Source: Octopus vulgaris (taxonomy: Eukaryota). From it: DNA of 64,000 bases. Location: assembly GCA_951406725.2 (NCBI GenBank), contig OX597843.1, forward strand, positions 18,910,001-18,974,000, in the 5' to 3' direction. Below the pieces are notes generated by a model, which did no database searches, was not told where the DNA came from, and saw only the letters and a list, made by a program, of their open reading frames with translations. The translations under genes and the position numbers were made by a program. Positions 1-14,047 of this stretch are shown here, piece by piece. How positions within the stretch are numbered: the first letter of the stretch is position 1; each line of letters begins with the position of its first letter.

Positions 1-280
1 GTCAAATCTTTGGAGGAGAGATACGTTGAATATTTCACGAAATATCTACTGTAAGTAATTTTCACTTTAGAATATTTTTTGAATATGTAATGTTATTCAC
101 TTGAAAATAATTTTAAAAAACATTAAAATATTGTCTGTTTAAAGAAAGCTATAATTTACATTTTTGAAATCACATTCACTTAAAAATATTTCTAAATGAT
201 TAAAATATTGTGATTAACAAAATCGAAAATAGAAATTGTAAAAAAAGAAAAAAAATCTACTCAGAGTTTGTACGTCGCTC

Positions 281-392
281 CGCGAGACCGGGACCCGAGC
301 CGGACGCCGACGAGCGACTACTCGTCGGCGGTACAGAAAGTTACGATCGACAGGGGTGCTGCATGCTGGCGCAGCAACCCCGTCTACTCGCG
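281..392. other. GC-rich multi-hairpin element of unknown nature
   Basis: Perfect 10-bp inverted repeat CGCCGACGAG(305-314)/CTCGTCGGCG(321-330), imperfect stem GACAGGGGTGCTGC/GCAGCAACCCCGTC (349-384), outer CGCGAG(281-286)/CTCGCG(387-392), in otherwise very AT-rich DNA. Confidence 0.4.
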
Positions 393-703
393 CACTAAGC
401 AGGAGGTTCCGTTTCTTCCACTTCTCACTTAAACGAACCCGCAACGTTTTTTTTTTCGTTGTCAATTCGCTTTCCAATAGAAAGATAACAGTTTCTTCTC
501 TTTTCGGAACATTTTCCCATTATGCACCATTTTGGGTAATTATACCATGAAAATCTCTAGTACTACTTTACTGATTTATGCAAAACTTGTTTCATTTGAT
601 TCATATTAACATTTCAGGGTAAATTTATTTCATGGTATTTTACCATTATGTGCCAGTTTAACTGAGTAACATTACAAGCAAGCAAGCAAGATTGAAACTT
701 TTA

Positions 704-756
<53 letters not shown>

Positions 757-794
757 CTTATATTTTAAAATATTGATATTTTTAGATCGGAAAT

Positions 795-838
795 CCACCT
801 GACGAATGTCATTTGAAGACATGAAACAATTGTAGTGG
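795..838 (+). ncRNA. Type I hammerhead ribozyme motif in a short Penelope-derived repeat
   Basis: ccac CTGACGA atgtc-atttgaa-gacat GAAA caattg TA gtgg: conserved core, stem I ccac/gtgg, stem II atgtc/gacat, palindromic minimal stem III. Confidence 0.75.
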
Positions 839-1008
839 CGTTTTATTTACTTTATATTAAAATTTCTAATATATTGATTAAGTCTTTCCTTGTTTGATTT
901 GCAAAATAGTGGTTTTATCTCGAATTAATATTATATAATATTTTACTATAAAATTGGATTTAATCCTAAATCTGATTTTTTTCCTGTAAGTTTGGATTTA
1001 TTCCCTAA

Positions 1009-1058
<50 letters not shown>

Positions 1059-1063
1059 ATTAT

Positions 1064-1174
<111 letters not shown>

Positions 1175-1178
1175 ATAA

Positions 1179-1227
<49 letters not shown>

Positions 1228-1484
1228 CGTAGTATAAATAAGTTGGTCCTCATACTATGTTTATAAAAAATTATTTGAATAATTTACATATTTAGAAATT
1301 AAAAGTTAAAGGTTAAAAATTTTAAAAAATTATTCTAACAATGCAATTAAAAATTAAGTGATAATTAAAACTAATTATTTAAAAAATGATTGTTTAAAAA
1401 AATAATCAAAATAATTAAATAATTAAATAATCAAAATACTTAAAAGCATTTTAGAAATATTATTATAATTATGGATATTTTCCT

Positions 1485-2180
1485 GATGTCCTTGGCTTGG
1501 CAGTGCTATTGCTTGGGCGCTACTAGATCGAGACAAACTCTACAGGCAAGAATGTGCTGTCAGATGGGCCTGTCCGAGCTGTGCGCAGAGTGACAAAACC
1601 ATTCTGCATGTCGGCGTTAAGTGCTCGGGCATTGCTGACTTGTGGGGTTATGTTGAACAGCTACTCTCATGTGTGGGACGGATGCGTCTGTCGGCTGAGT
1701 CTGTAGTGATGATTGTACCACCACCTTCCTCCAGTTGGGTAGACAAAGAAGTTTTCCTTTGCCTGGTGGACACGGTTGAAAGACATGAGGGCAGACGCAT
1801 TCTTCTTTGGTAGGGCTCTCATTGACTTCTTCAAGTTTCACTCGAAAAGGAAATTGTGAGTGAGGAAGAAAGTGCGGAGTTTATTGAAAGGTGGGTGAAA
1901 GTTGTGAAAAGGCAAGAGTGGGTGGTACCTCTCTAAGTGTAGACCTGCTCTTGGGTTTTCAGAGAAATCTCAGACAGTGGAGTTCCTTGACTATCCCTAG
2001 AAGCCTTACTGTGTCAGGAGGGTCACATTTCTTCCTGCCACTTTCTTTTTTAAACCTTTGTATGCTATGTATATGTCCCTTCTCTTTCAGTCTGTGTGTC
2101 GTGTAGACTTAATTTCTTTTTTCTTTCCTTTATGTCTTTGTATTGTCCTCTCGTCCTTTGCCCTTGTGGCAAATGAAATC
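1485..2180 (+). mobile_element. Old, degenerate 3' fragment of a Tx1-clade LINE
   Basis: Similar to the ORF2 C-terminus of the element at 6190-12365 (CCTTGGCTTGGCAGTGCTAT = LAWQCY; GACAAACTCTACAGG = DKLYR; TTCTTCAAGTTTCAC). Ends GCCCTTGTGGCAAATGAAA followed by (ATT)n. Confidence 0.7.
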
Positions 2181-2223
2181 ATTATCATTATTATAATTAT
2201 TATTATCATTATTATAATTATAT

Positions 2224-2399
2224 AAGGCGGCAAGAGGGCAGAATTGTTAGCAGCATTTTGTCTATCTTTACATTCCGAGGTCGACTTTGCTTTCATCCTT
2301 TCGGGGCTGATGAAATAAATATCAGTTACGCTCTGGGGTCGACGTAGTCAACTAACTCCCTCCTCCCAAATTTCAGGCCTTGTGACTATAGCAGAAAGG

Positions 2400-2400
<1 letters not shown>
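2224..2400 (+). mobile_element. tRNA-derived SINE with Nin/Deu-like central domain (octopus OR1-like), internally deleted
   Basis: AAGGCGGC..GGCAGAA head; GAGGTCGACTTTGCTTTCATCCTTTCGGGG Nin-like box; tail GGCCTTGTGACTATAGCAGAAAGG+(ATT)n. Confidence 0.7.
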
Positions 2401-2467
<67 letters not shown>

Positions 2468-2565
2468 CATCATCTTTCAATTCTGTTTCCATTTCTCGCC
2501 GAAGGTCTTCCTGACACCTAGGGTAGAGAAACGCACTGTATACATCATCATCATCATCATAATCA

Positions 2566-2632
<67 letters not shown>

Positions 2633-2850
2633 GAGGCAGCGAGCTGGCAGAAACGTTAGCACGCTGGGCGAAATCCTTAGCGGTATTTCGTGTCTTTACG
2701 ATCTGACTTCAAATTTTGCCGAGGTCGACTTTGCTTTTCCTCCTTTCGGTGTCGATAAATTAAGTACTAGTTGTATACTGGAGTCGATCTAATCGACTGG
2801 CTCCCTCCCCTAAAATTTCGAGCATTGTGCCTAGAGCAGAAAAGATTATT
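2633..2850 (+). mobile_element. tRNA-derived Nin/Deu-type SINE (OR1-like)
   Basis: GGCAGCGAGCTGGCAGAAACGTTAGC head, GAGGTCGACTTTGC..CTTTCGG..GATAAATTAAGTAC box, tail TTGTGCCTAGAGCAGAAAAGATTATT. Confidence 0.75.
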
Positions 2851-2937
2851 ATTATTGTTGTTGTTGTTTTTGTTGTTGTTGTTGTTGTTTTTGTTGTTGT
2901 TGTTTTTGTTGTTGTTGTTGTTGTTGTTGTTGTTCTT

Positions 2938-2968
<31 letters not shown>

Positions 2969-2997
2969 TTGTTGTTGTTGTTGTTGTTCTTCTTCTT

Positions 2998-3028
<31 letters not shown>

Positions 3029-3130
3029 TTATTATTATTGTTGTTGTTGTTGTTGTTGTTGTTCTTCTTCTTCTTCTTCTTGTTCTTCTTCATCTTCTTC
3101 TTCTTCTTCTTCTTCTTCTTATTATTATTA
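2850..3130. repeat. Compound (ATT)/(GTT)/(CTT) trinucleotide microsatellite
   Basis: Directly visible; produces spurious poly-L/V/F ORFs. Confidence 0.95.
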
Positions 3131-3423
3131 TTTTCGTTATTACCAACACTTTATGGGTTGGTTAAATCCATTTCAACCATTTCAACCAACTCCTTTAATT
3201 TAGTAGCATCACGAGACACTGTAATTTCTGCAAGATTTTGGTGACTGAGTATGCGAATTTAACTGTATGTCTGCTAGATAACCTACTGTATTTACTTTGT
3301 GGAATTCACTGGGCAATTTAGTTAGCTGGGTTTGATAACTACACAGTGCTTATAAAGTATTCACCGGAATCCTTTAATATTTTTCTCTTTCATAATATTT
3401 ATGCATATGTATATGTGTGTGTA

Positions 3424-3469
<46 letters not shown>

Positions 3470-3871
3470 TCAGTAGAATGTGTTTTAAGGTAGATTTGAC
3501 TGCTGTCTCAAGCAGATCCCTCTACCACGAATGGGTTTCCTCTAGCTGTGATGTATGCTGACGGGGTGGCCATTTTAGCAATTATTACTGATTAGAAAAT
3601 ATAATGGCTTCTCTGGATGTCTAAGGGGGCCTGTATTTATATGAATGTATACGTGAATGTGTGTGTGTGCCTGTGTGCGTGTGTGTATTATACTGCTTCA
3701 TAAGGGATTCTCAACTGGTGAGGAAAATGAAAAATACACAACAATAACATGATCTGCACGAGTCATTTATGTAAATAAGTGTGTGCGTGTATATATATAT
3801 ATATGTATATATATATATACACACATATTTACATACACGCACACGCACACACACACATATATGTGTGGTTT

Positions 3872-3906
<35 letters not shown>

Positions 3907-3954
3907 ATATATATATGTATATATATATATATATATATATGTATATGCTGTCTA

Positions 3955-3986
<32 letters not shown>

Positions 3987-4283
3987 CACTTACATATATA
4001 TGTATATATATGTATGTATATGTATATATAGTTATATGTATATATATGTGTATATATGCATATATATGTGTATATATGCATATATATATATATATATATA
4101 CATGTGTGTGTGTATGTATGTACATGTATATATGTATGCATATATTTATATGTGTGAAAGAGAAGGAAATCAATATAATACATTATACATCTGTAAACAC
4201 CAATTTAAGATAAAAATTCAATATGCACGATATATATATGTGTGTGTTTGTACGTGAATTTATATGTGCATACATATACACAC

Positions 4284-4338
<55 letters not shown>

Positions 4339-4579
4339 TATATATGCATATATATATAAATATATATATATATGTACAAACATACACACACAAAGACACA
4401 GATGCAGTTAGTGTCACACACAGAAATACCATATATGGTAATTACACGCAAAGCTCTAATAAACTATATGTGTGTATGGGGCGGGGGTGTTTCCATACAT
4501 ACACACACACACAAACACACACATATCTATACATACATTATTGTACTTATATGTGGCTATATATATATATATATATATC

Positions 4580-4615
4580 TATAAAGTTGTAAATGAAGTA
4601 AACGTTTGACCAGTG
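4580..4615 (+). promoter_or_regulatory. Putative TATA box and initiator of the pseudo-protease gene
   Basis: TATAAAG at 4580-4586 and CCAGT at 4610-4614 (30 nt downstream), just before the ATG at 4623. It lies next to a (TA)n tract, so a chance match is possible. Confidence 0.45.
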
Positions 4616-4622
4616 AATCAAA

Positions 4623-4701
4623 ATGACGCCGTACACCTCTTTGGTCCTGATTTTGTGCATCTGTGGGTCAGCAGCAGGTTTCACTCTGCCTCCTGAGCCA
4701 T
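4623..4701 (+). CDS. Secreted mucin-stalk serine-protease homolog, exon 1 (signal peptide)
   Basis: ATG in AAAATGA context; MTPYTSLVLILCICGSAAG/FTLPPEP has a hydrophobic core and an A-A-G cleavage site; ends T|GTAAGT (phase 1), matching the phase-1 start of exon 2 (T+GT=Cys). Confidence 0.75.
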
Positions 4702-4742
4702 GTAAGTAATCTACTCCTCTTTCTGTCTGTCTGTCTGTCTGT

Positions 4743-4830
<88 letters not shown>

Positions 4831-5641
4831 AACCGTTCTGCACGCACTCGTTCAGTGTCCAACAATTTCCGACCTGTGGGCTTATGTCGAACAACTGCTG
4901 TCACGTGTGGGACGAGTCGGTTTATCAGCTGAGTCTATCGTCAATATTGTCACGCCTCCTTCCTTCAAACGGGAAGGAAGAGCTATTTTCATCATCCTTG
5001 TGGCTATGGCGAAAGAATGTATCTGGTGGACGCGTCTGAAAGGATTGGAGACAAACACTTTCCTCTCTGGTCAATCTCTCATCAACTTCTTCAAGTACCA
5101 CTTGAAAAGGAAAGTGAGAGTAGAGAGGCAAGTTTTGTCTAGCGAATGTTTTAAAAAAAGATGGGTGAATGTAGCAAGAATGGCACGTATGAATGACGAA
5201 GCCACCTTGAGCATAGTCCTATGAACCCAGAAATCGAAAACAGAGAGTTGCTTATTTGCAAAAAAAAAAAAAAAAAAAAGAAATATAAAATGTGACTTCA
5301 TTGACCGAGGTTACCGTGGTCTTTTCCGTAGGCTTTTCTTTCCACGGGTAAACCTCACCTGTCCTCCCCTTTACACTTCATATTGACATTTCTGTGATAA
5401 CGATCCCTATTGATCAATTTTTTTCCTCCCCCCTTTTTTTTTAAACCCCCTTTTTTTTTGTCCTCTTTCTCTCCTTTTACGATCCCTTTTGATCGAAACT
5501 CCCCCTTCCTTTTTTTTTATTTATTTATTTATTTTTTTAATTTTTTTATTTTAATTTTTTTTTTTTTAAACCTTCAAAAGAAAAGCTCTACCTTGTAATT
5601 TGTTCTATCTGTGTGCAGCCCTGTGTGGCTAATAAAGAAAC
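4831..5641 (+). mobile_element. 5'-truncated Tx1-clade LINE copy flanked by (TATC)n
   Basis: ORF 4907-5224 is close to the last ~105 aa of ORF2 at 9440-12067; same 3' end GCCCTGTGTGGCTAATAAAGAAA; TATC arrays at 4745-4830 and 5643-6185. Confidence 0.9.
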
Positions 5642-5642
5642 A

Positions 5643-6186
<544 letters not shown>

Positions 6187-6389
6187 CTGTCTATGGACGT
6201 GAATCTCTTCGACTCCGAGGGTAATTGTTTATTTTGACTATTTATAGCCCAAGTTTTGTGTAAATTTTTGTGAATAAGTTGTGTAAGGCACCCAACTTTC
6301 GTTTGAGTGCTGTTCCAAGGGAGGAATTCGCCCCTAGGGGCAGTTTCGAACCCATTTCATTTCTGTAATTTTATTCTCGACATTAGAAA

Positions 6390-8587
6390 ATGTCTAGAAA
6401 TTTTATCGTGGAACAATGGTCGCGTTCCTCTATCGACCAGATTTCTTCTAGACTGGAAACGCTAGGAGAAAAAAAAGAATTTTGCGCCCCACGTAAAATT
6501 ATGAATGAATGTGCATTGAACGCTACTACTACGTGTAGTAACAGCATTGTCACCAACACCGCCACTAGCAAGAACAACATAGACACTTCTACTGTTGCCA
6601 CCACCGCCTTCACCACCACCACCACCACCACCACCGCCACCTCATCCACTACCTCAACTACCAACAGCAACAACAATAACAATGACAGCAAAAATAAAAA
6701 TTGCGCCACCATTTCGACATCTGCTGCCTCGGCTGCCTCTTCTGCCACTGACACCACCACCAACAACAAAAACAACAATAACAACAACAACAATTCCGTT
6801 CAGACCTGTTTCACTCCAACAACAAGAACTGAAGTGAATAAACAAAAATCTGTAGCTACCAAACAAATTGACAAAAGCTGCTTGAGTACAGGAATAAATT
6901 ACGAAAATAATTTTCCACCCCTTCCTACTTGCACAATCGAACCAAACACACCAATTTTACAAACTGCAGCCAACAACATCACCACAAGCAACAACAATAA
7001 CAAAACAACAACAAATTTCGCTGCGGCGATTAAAGAAAAAAAAAACAACAATATATTTTACGGCTCAACAAATACAGGACACGAACATTAAAATAACAGA
7101 ATCAGATGGTATAGTGAAGATAAACATACCAGAAGACATTTTGGAAGATGAAAAAAGACGAACAATCATTTATAAAATAGTTAACAAAAAAACAAAAAGC
7201 CCAGAGAAGGCTAACACAAGCAAAATAGAGAAGTGCTTGAAACCCATCTGGAATCACAAAGAATATGTAACCTGGTGGAACAAATTTGCCCACATACAAG
7301 TTGTTTTCTACACCGAAGAGTTAGCTAGACGTTTCTCAACGCTAACTCTTCACTCAGATGAACTCCAACTTACATCAAGCAATCGGGGACAGAAAGTGAC
7401 TAAGATCACTTTAAACAATGTCCCCAAAATAGCCAATAATCTATGGCTTGTAAAGGCCTTATGCGTAAAAATGACGAATTTTACTATTTCGGAAACCACG
7501 GTCACAGAGCATAAAAACTGGGTGGGAAAAAAGTAGAATTTCTTCTACATATACATCATGAAGATATAAAAAAAATACCCACCCAGATATGTGTATCAGA
7601 CGACCACAAGTTATATGTGGTCGTCGATGGCAGAAGACCACGTTGCTACATATGCGGCAGTGAGCAACACCTAAAAAAAGACTGCAAATCTGCCGCAAGA
7701 AAACAACAGCAACAACAACAGCAGCCGGAAACAAAAATAAATAAACAAGGTTTACTACCCACACCACTTTTTGCAGGAACAAACCTCACCAAACAAACAA
7801 CCACACCAACTGCAGCACCAAGAACAGAAGCAGCATCACCAACAACAACAACCAAGAATATACCAACTCCCAAACCAAGGACATATGCCAAAAAGACACC
7901 CAGCAAAAATGAAGAAACAATTAAAACTCCAAATCCCCACAAAATTGAGACCCCAAACAACACAACAATACCTACAATCACTCAAACACAAAATACCCAA
8001 ACCCCACCTCCAAAACCGCATACACCACAACCAAACGCTCACCAACCAACACCAACAACAAAATCAACACAGTCGACAATAGACCCCAATATTTTCCCTC
8101 TTCCAGGCTCCGATTCGTCTGATTTGTCATTAGACGAAGAAGACACGGAAGATTGGAAAATAGCCACAGGGGGGAGAAGAAAAAGGGGAAAAAAAGAAAA
8201 GAAAAAATAACAAACAAAGCGGGAAGATACACCACTCCCGAAACAAAAACATCCACAGAAAACACACACATCAACACAAACACACCATCATCAAACCCCC
8301 CAACAATGTTGACAGCCATAAACACAAACAACCACGACCTAATGGAACACATTAGGTCAAACACTAACATTACTGAAAACGACATAAAAACAAGTAACCA
8401 CCCACACACAACACCACCACAACACATTAAAATAATACACGTGACACAGAACACATACAGCACCCTGAAATCTCTTTACCCTGATGCAGTAGGGAGATTT
8501 CAAAAGTACTCATCGAAAAAACTGTACAAAAGCCTCATAGAAGAAGACCGTGAGGTGAAAGACAAAGAACTTTCGAAAAACAAGTAA
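6390..8587 (+). pseudogene. Tx1 LINE ORF1 (gag-like), split by stops/frameshifts
   Basis: Four consecutive ORFs (6390-7091, 7114-7536, 7617-8210, 8153-8587), T/N/P-rich low complexity, one CX2CX4HX4C knuckle. Confidence 0.75.
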
Positions 8588-8629
8588 CCTTTTCTCTCTC
8601 TCTTTCCTTTTTTGCACTTTTATCGGAAC

Positions 8630-11600
8630 ATGCTCAGAATAGGTAGTATAAATGTACGTGGCTTGGGGTCGCCTTAGAAACAAGGCTACCTGTTAAATGA
8701 CATCAAGTCACTAAATCTGAATATCATAGCCATCAGTGAGACCAGACTCCACAGCTTGCGGGCACTCCAGCACATTTTCGGTACACATTTCAACATTTAT
8801 TTTTCTCCGTGTCTACCGAGAATGGGCGGAGGTGGCACCGCGGTGCTTATCCGGAAGAGTCTGGATCTCAAAGTAAGAGCAAATTTCCTAGACCCGGAGG
8901 GTAGGTTGGTCGTTTTGGATGTCGATGGCAGCAATGAGTGTGCTTTTCGACTGATAGCAGTTTATGTTCCGTCCTTAACAGGCCGACCAGATTTCTTCCG
9001 ACGTCTAGAGTCTTTCATGGAAACGTCTCGTCCTTTACTTTTAGTGGGGGATTGGAATGCCACCCTGGACACGCATCTAGACTACGTGGGCAGAGATAGC
9101 AATAGAAGGGGATGCAAATGCCTCAAAGACCTGCTCAGACGTTTCCAACTGTCTGACAGGTACCGACTGGACCACCCGAATGTGCCAATGTGGACATGGA
9201 GTAACCGCATCGGGTCGTCCAGATCATACTTAGATAGAGTATTCTGTAGGACAATAGATAAAAATAGTGTAGGTTGTCCACAATTTCATATAGTCAGTTA
9301 CACAGATCACAAGTTTGTGACTTGTACACTTGACTTAGATAAAACACATAGGCAGGGTCCTGGTTACTAGAAACTGAACGCGTCTTTTACAGCACGACAG
9401 GTTTACAGGGACCGGATCAGCACATTAGTTAAGAGAGCTTTGACGGGTACCATCATCAACAACAGATGGTGGTATGCCCTAAAAAAAGCGATTAAAGCAG
9501 AATCAGTCAGATACAGTAGAGCCCTAGCATTAGACCGAAATAGAATAGAGGGAGAATTAGTTAAGGTTTTAGAAGAGGCACTTAGAACTGGCATCGCGTC
9601 CAACGTGCTGGCGGCGAGATTGGCCCTCGACCAACACCTCAACGCCAAACACGAGGGATGCGTTGTCAGAGCTAGGATGCGTGCTCTGAGGAACGAAGGA
9701 GTTGGAGCCGCCCAAGAGGCCCGAGTGGTGGAGACGCAACGAGGCAACAGAGCCACCATCAAGTCTCTTATAGATGAACAGGGGCGCGAATTGCTCGAGC
9801 CTAAAAGGATGTGTGGGGTTTTTCAACAAAACTTCACCCAACTGTTTGGGACAAGTGGTGAGTCAGAAAGCAGAGTGGACTTTAGTGCCTACCTGCATGC
9901 CTTGCCACGACTCTCAGCAAGGGAGGTCGAGTCTTGTGAAAAGCCTATCACAGCTGCGGACGTACAGGATGCGATGGTAGGCTGCGCGAGAGACAAGTCA
10001 CCAGGCTTGGATGGTCTGCCCTACGAACTTTATTTTCATATGCCAGACTTGTTTGGAGGCGTCTTGGCAGCTGTCTACTGCAACTGGCAGCAGAACGGGA
10101 GTATTCCTGCTTTTGTAAAGCGAGGAGCAGTGGCACTGATCAAGAAAGACCCAAACAAGGGGGACGTCATAGATAATTTCAGGCCCATCACTCTGCTCAA
10201 CGCAGATTTGAAAATTTTGGCCAAGGTGTTAGCCGAGAGGTTGGCGCTTGTCATCAAGAAACTAATCGACAAGGCGCAAACATGCGCCGTGCCGGGTAGA
10301 AGTATTCATGACAACCTCCATCTGATGCGCTACATCATAGACAGGGTAGTTAAAAATCCTGGCATGGGTGGGGCGCTGATCAATTTGGATCAATCAAAAG
10401 CCTTCGATAGGGTAGACCATCACTACTTGGAGGCTGTCCTTAAAGCGGCTGGTTTCGGTCCAGTTTTCCGCGGTTGGATCGCTGCCTTATACAGCGGCAT
10501 CCGCTCAGTAGTTCGCGTAAATGGTCATCTATCCAGACCTTTTAACATCATGCGTTCGGTTCGTCAGGGATGCCCCCTCTCATCGCTGCTGTATGTACTG
10601 ACTCTTGAGCCACTACTGCGGAAACTGGCGACGCTGAGGGGCATCCCACGAGAGCTGGGATGCGGGAGGAGCGTGTCTGCATACGCGGATGACGTCACCG
10701 TCATAGTGTCGAGCTACGAGCACATCGAGCTGGTCGGCGAGACACTGAAAGAATACGAAGCGGTAACGGGAGCAAAAATTAACCGGGAAAAGTCAGTGGG
10801 CTTGCGGCTCGGCACCTGGAGAAGCAAGCCCATGCCGTCCAACAGCGTCTCCATCGTGGGACGCTGGACGGACGGACCGGTTAAATTGCTCGGGGTCTGG
10901 TTCGGTCCGGACCTCCAAATGGAGAAGAACTGGGGCGAGATAACGACTAGGGTGGCTACTCTCACCCAGAAATGGGCTGAGAGAAAGCTATCCCTAAAAG
11001 GTCGGGCGGAGGTGGCGAACGCGTACATCGCATCCGTCATCGAGTATCGTCTGACCGTCGTGCCTTGTCCCGACCCTACCATCACCAAACTGGAACGTAT
11101 ACTCTTCCGCTTCTTGTGGAAGGGAAACGTTCCGATGGTTAGGCGATCCATTTGCTGTCAACACCCGCTAAATGGAGGGCTGGGCATGCCGTGGTTGATG
11201 ATGCGCAGACATGCGCTGAGACTGCGACATCTCCGGCGCTTCATAGACAACGGTGAACAGGTGTGGTCGCCTTTTGTGCGGCGCGCTTTCCCGCAGCTCG
11301 TCTCCTTGGATGAACTACAGTCATGGATCAAGCAGAGACCGAGGCTAGGCGAATGGCACCGTGAGTGTCGCGTTGCTCTCAAGCAACTCTGCCGTCCGGG
11401 ATCGAACTTGTGCGACTCCATCACAACAAAGGCATTCTATAGAGGATTAGTGGAGGGGAGGTGCGACGACGAACTCGGGCAGAGTCTGGGCGTCGACGAG
11501 GAACACCTGACCCGCCTGTTCAGGACAACTTTCGGGCCGGGACCTATGAACAATCACCAAAGATCCCTGGCCTGGCAGTGCTATCGAGAAGCATTACCTG

Positions 11601-12067
11601 TTCGGGATAAGCTCTACAGACACGGTTCCAGACACACTGGACCGACTTGCCCGAGATGCGGTCAGAGCGACGAAACCGTTCTGCACGCACTCGTGCAATG
11701 TCCAACCATTTCCGACCTGTGGGCTTATGCCGAACGGCTGCTGTCACGTGTGGGACGAATCCGCCTATCGGCCGAGTCTATCGTGAGAATTGCTCCGCCC
11801 CCTTCCCTCAACCGGGAAGGCAAGGCAGTTTTCATCGTACTGGTGGCCATGGTGAAAGAATGTGTGTGGTGGACTCGAGCGAAAGGATTAGAGACAAACA
11901 CTTACCTCTCTGGCCAATCGCTCATCAACTTTTTCAAGTACCACTTGAAAAGGAAGGTGAGAATGGAGAGGGAAGTTTTGTCTCGCGAAAGATTCAAAAA
12001 AAGATGGGTGAATGTTGCAAAGATGGTGCGTGCTAGTAACGAAACCATTTTGAGCATGATCCTGTAG
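8630..12067 (+). pseudogene. Tx1 LINE ORF2 (APE endonuclease + reverse transcriptase) with two in-frame TAG stops
   Basis: Starts MLRIGSINVRG; APE motifs GDWN, LDRVF, TDH; RT motifs SPGLDG, FRPITLLN, DQSKAFDRV, RQGCPLS, YADD; CPRC..ETVLHALVQC finger. Single frame with TAG at 8675 and 9368 (GY*KLN for GYWKLN). Confidence 0.92.
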
Positions 12068-12366
12068 ATCGTAAAAAAGAAAGAGAGCATTTTGATCTCA
12101 TGTGGTTATTTCCTCCCTGACTGGGGTTCCCGTGGTCTTTTCTGTAGGCTTTTCTTCCCACGGATGAACCCAATCTTGTTATATCAATGTTTATATCATT
12201 ATTTCTGTGATACACGATTTCCTTTTTTTTCCTTTTTTTCCTCTTCTCGATCCCTTTTGATCGCAATCTTACATTTATTTTATTTTTTTCCACCCTCGAA
12301 AAGAAAAGCTCTGCATTTGTATTTGTCCCCTCTGTATTCAGCCCTGTGTGGCTAATAAAAGAAAGT

Positions 12367-12730
<364 letters not shown>

Positions 12731-13049
12731 TGTCAGTTTATCTTTCTCTCTCTCTCTCTCTCTTTTTGTTCATCTACCTGTCTGTTCGTCTGTATATCCA
12801 CCTACATATACGTATATACGTATATGATAAAGACTCATACATCCACATATATCCACATTCTAAAAATGTAACCACATGTAAATCATTGGCGATTTTCTTC
12901 CTCCGTCTTCTTTCCTCTATTTCTGAAGAAGCGCGTCTGCTCGAAATGTTAAACCTTCTTTCTTTCCTTCCCTGGGCGTCTGCCAATACTTTATATGTAC
13001 CACGTCCTTGCATTGTTGTATATGTATATGTATATGTATATATATATAT

Positions 13050-13118
<69 letters not shown>

Positions 13119-13248
13119 TTCAACAAAATTTAGATTCAAATGAACATAGTACTTAAGTTAGATGCACCAGAATTCTGTATGGTGTTATCCATATAAATAC
13201 ATGGGATGATTATAATCAAAATAAGCAACAAGAATAACTTCGGTAATT

Positions 13249-13332
13249 TGGTACGATCGTTTCGCACTACATCATTTTATTAAATGTTGTAAGTATTACA
13301 ACAGTTTTAAAATGCCGAGCACTCATCAGCCA
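13249..13332 (-). ncRNA. Type I hammerhead ribozyme motif
   Basis: Minus strand: tgg CTGATGA gtgc...gtgc GAAA cgatcg TA cca. Confidence 0.55.
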
Positions 13333-14004
13333 TTAATAGAGATTTTCCATTAATACATAATTTTCATATCAAGCGATAACATTATAGAGAAGGTAGATAT
13401 ATAGACAAAGATGTCGATTTAAATTTTAAGAACATTTGAGGTAGTGGAGTTTATCAACTGACTGACTAAAATTCATTGGTCCGAACTACTGTTAGGTTCT
13501 GAGAGGGATGGACAAGTGAAAGGAGATAGCAAAGATTTTCTATTTATAGAAATAGGGGTGAAAGAGATGTCAAAGTTCCATATAAAGAAATTTATGTGGA
13601 TAGAAAAGGATTGTCACATTACAATGCCAATTACTACTATTTGGTTAACAGATTTGGCATTAGGAAAACTAGGTCAATGTCAAATGGTTATAATCACACT
13701 CATAGAGAATGCAAAGATTTTATAAAACTAAAGAGAAATTATAGATCTAAAATTTATTCAATTTAGAGAAGAGTCTATCACTTATCATGAGTAGGTACAA
13801 TACTTATTAAATGGGGGAAAAATCTTATTAATCAAGTGAATATATTGGACGTTCAAAATATATACTAGGAAAAATACGTTGTCGAGCGGTTAATGTTTGC
13901 ATCTCGTTCGGAGATTTATTAATGCTTTCAGACAGTTTTTCCAAATCAGTGACAGTGGTTGCTGGGAAAAACATTAAATAGATATTCGAAAACCGGTGAT
14001 TACC

Positions 14005-14047
14005 GTACGTTGACGAGAGGCAAAAACCTCGAAACTATAGTCCGTAT
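14005..14047 (+). ncRNA. Type I hammerhead ribozyme motif (core C mutated)
   Basis: gtacg TTGACGA gagg-caaaaa-cctc GAAA ctatag TC cgtat. Confidence 0.6.

Larger units (their letters stand above)
6190..12365 (+). mobile_element. Near full-length Tx1-clade (L1 group) non-LTR retrotransposon, inactivated
   Basis: 5' UTR, broken ORF1 (6390-8587) with CCHC knuckle CYICGSEQHLKKDC, ORF2 8630-12067 with APE endonuclease, RT and C-terminal zinc finger, 3' UTR with AATAAA. TATC arrays on both sides. Confidence 0.92.

Noticed and set aside
1-56. Possible exon end (open frame VKSLEERYVEYFTKYL then GTAAGT)
   Set aside because: Truncated by the window edge, no recognisable protein, no partner exon identified.
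8675-9370. Programmed readthrough or selenocysteine in LINE ORF2
   Set aside because: Stops are TAG, one at a conserved Trp, and ORF1 is also broken; simple decay is more likely.
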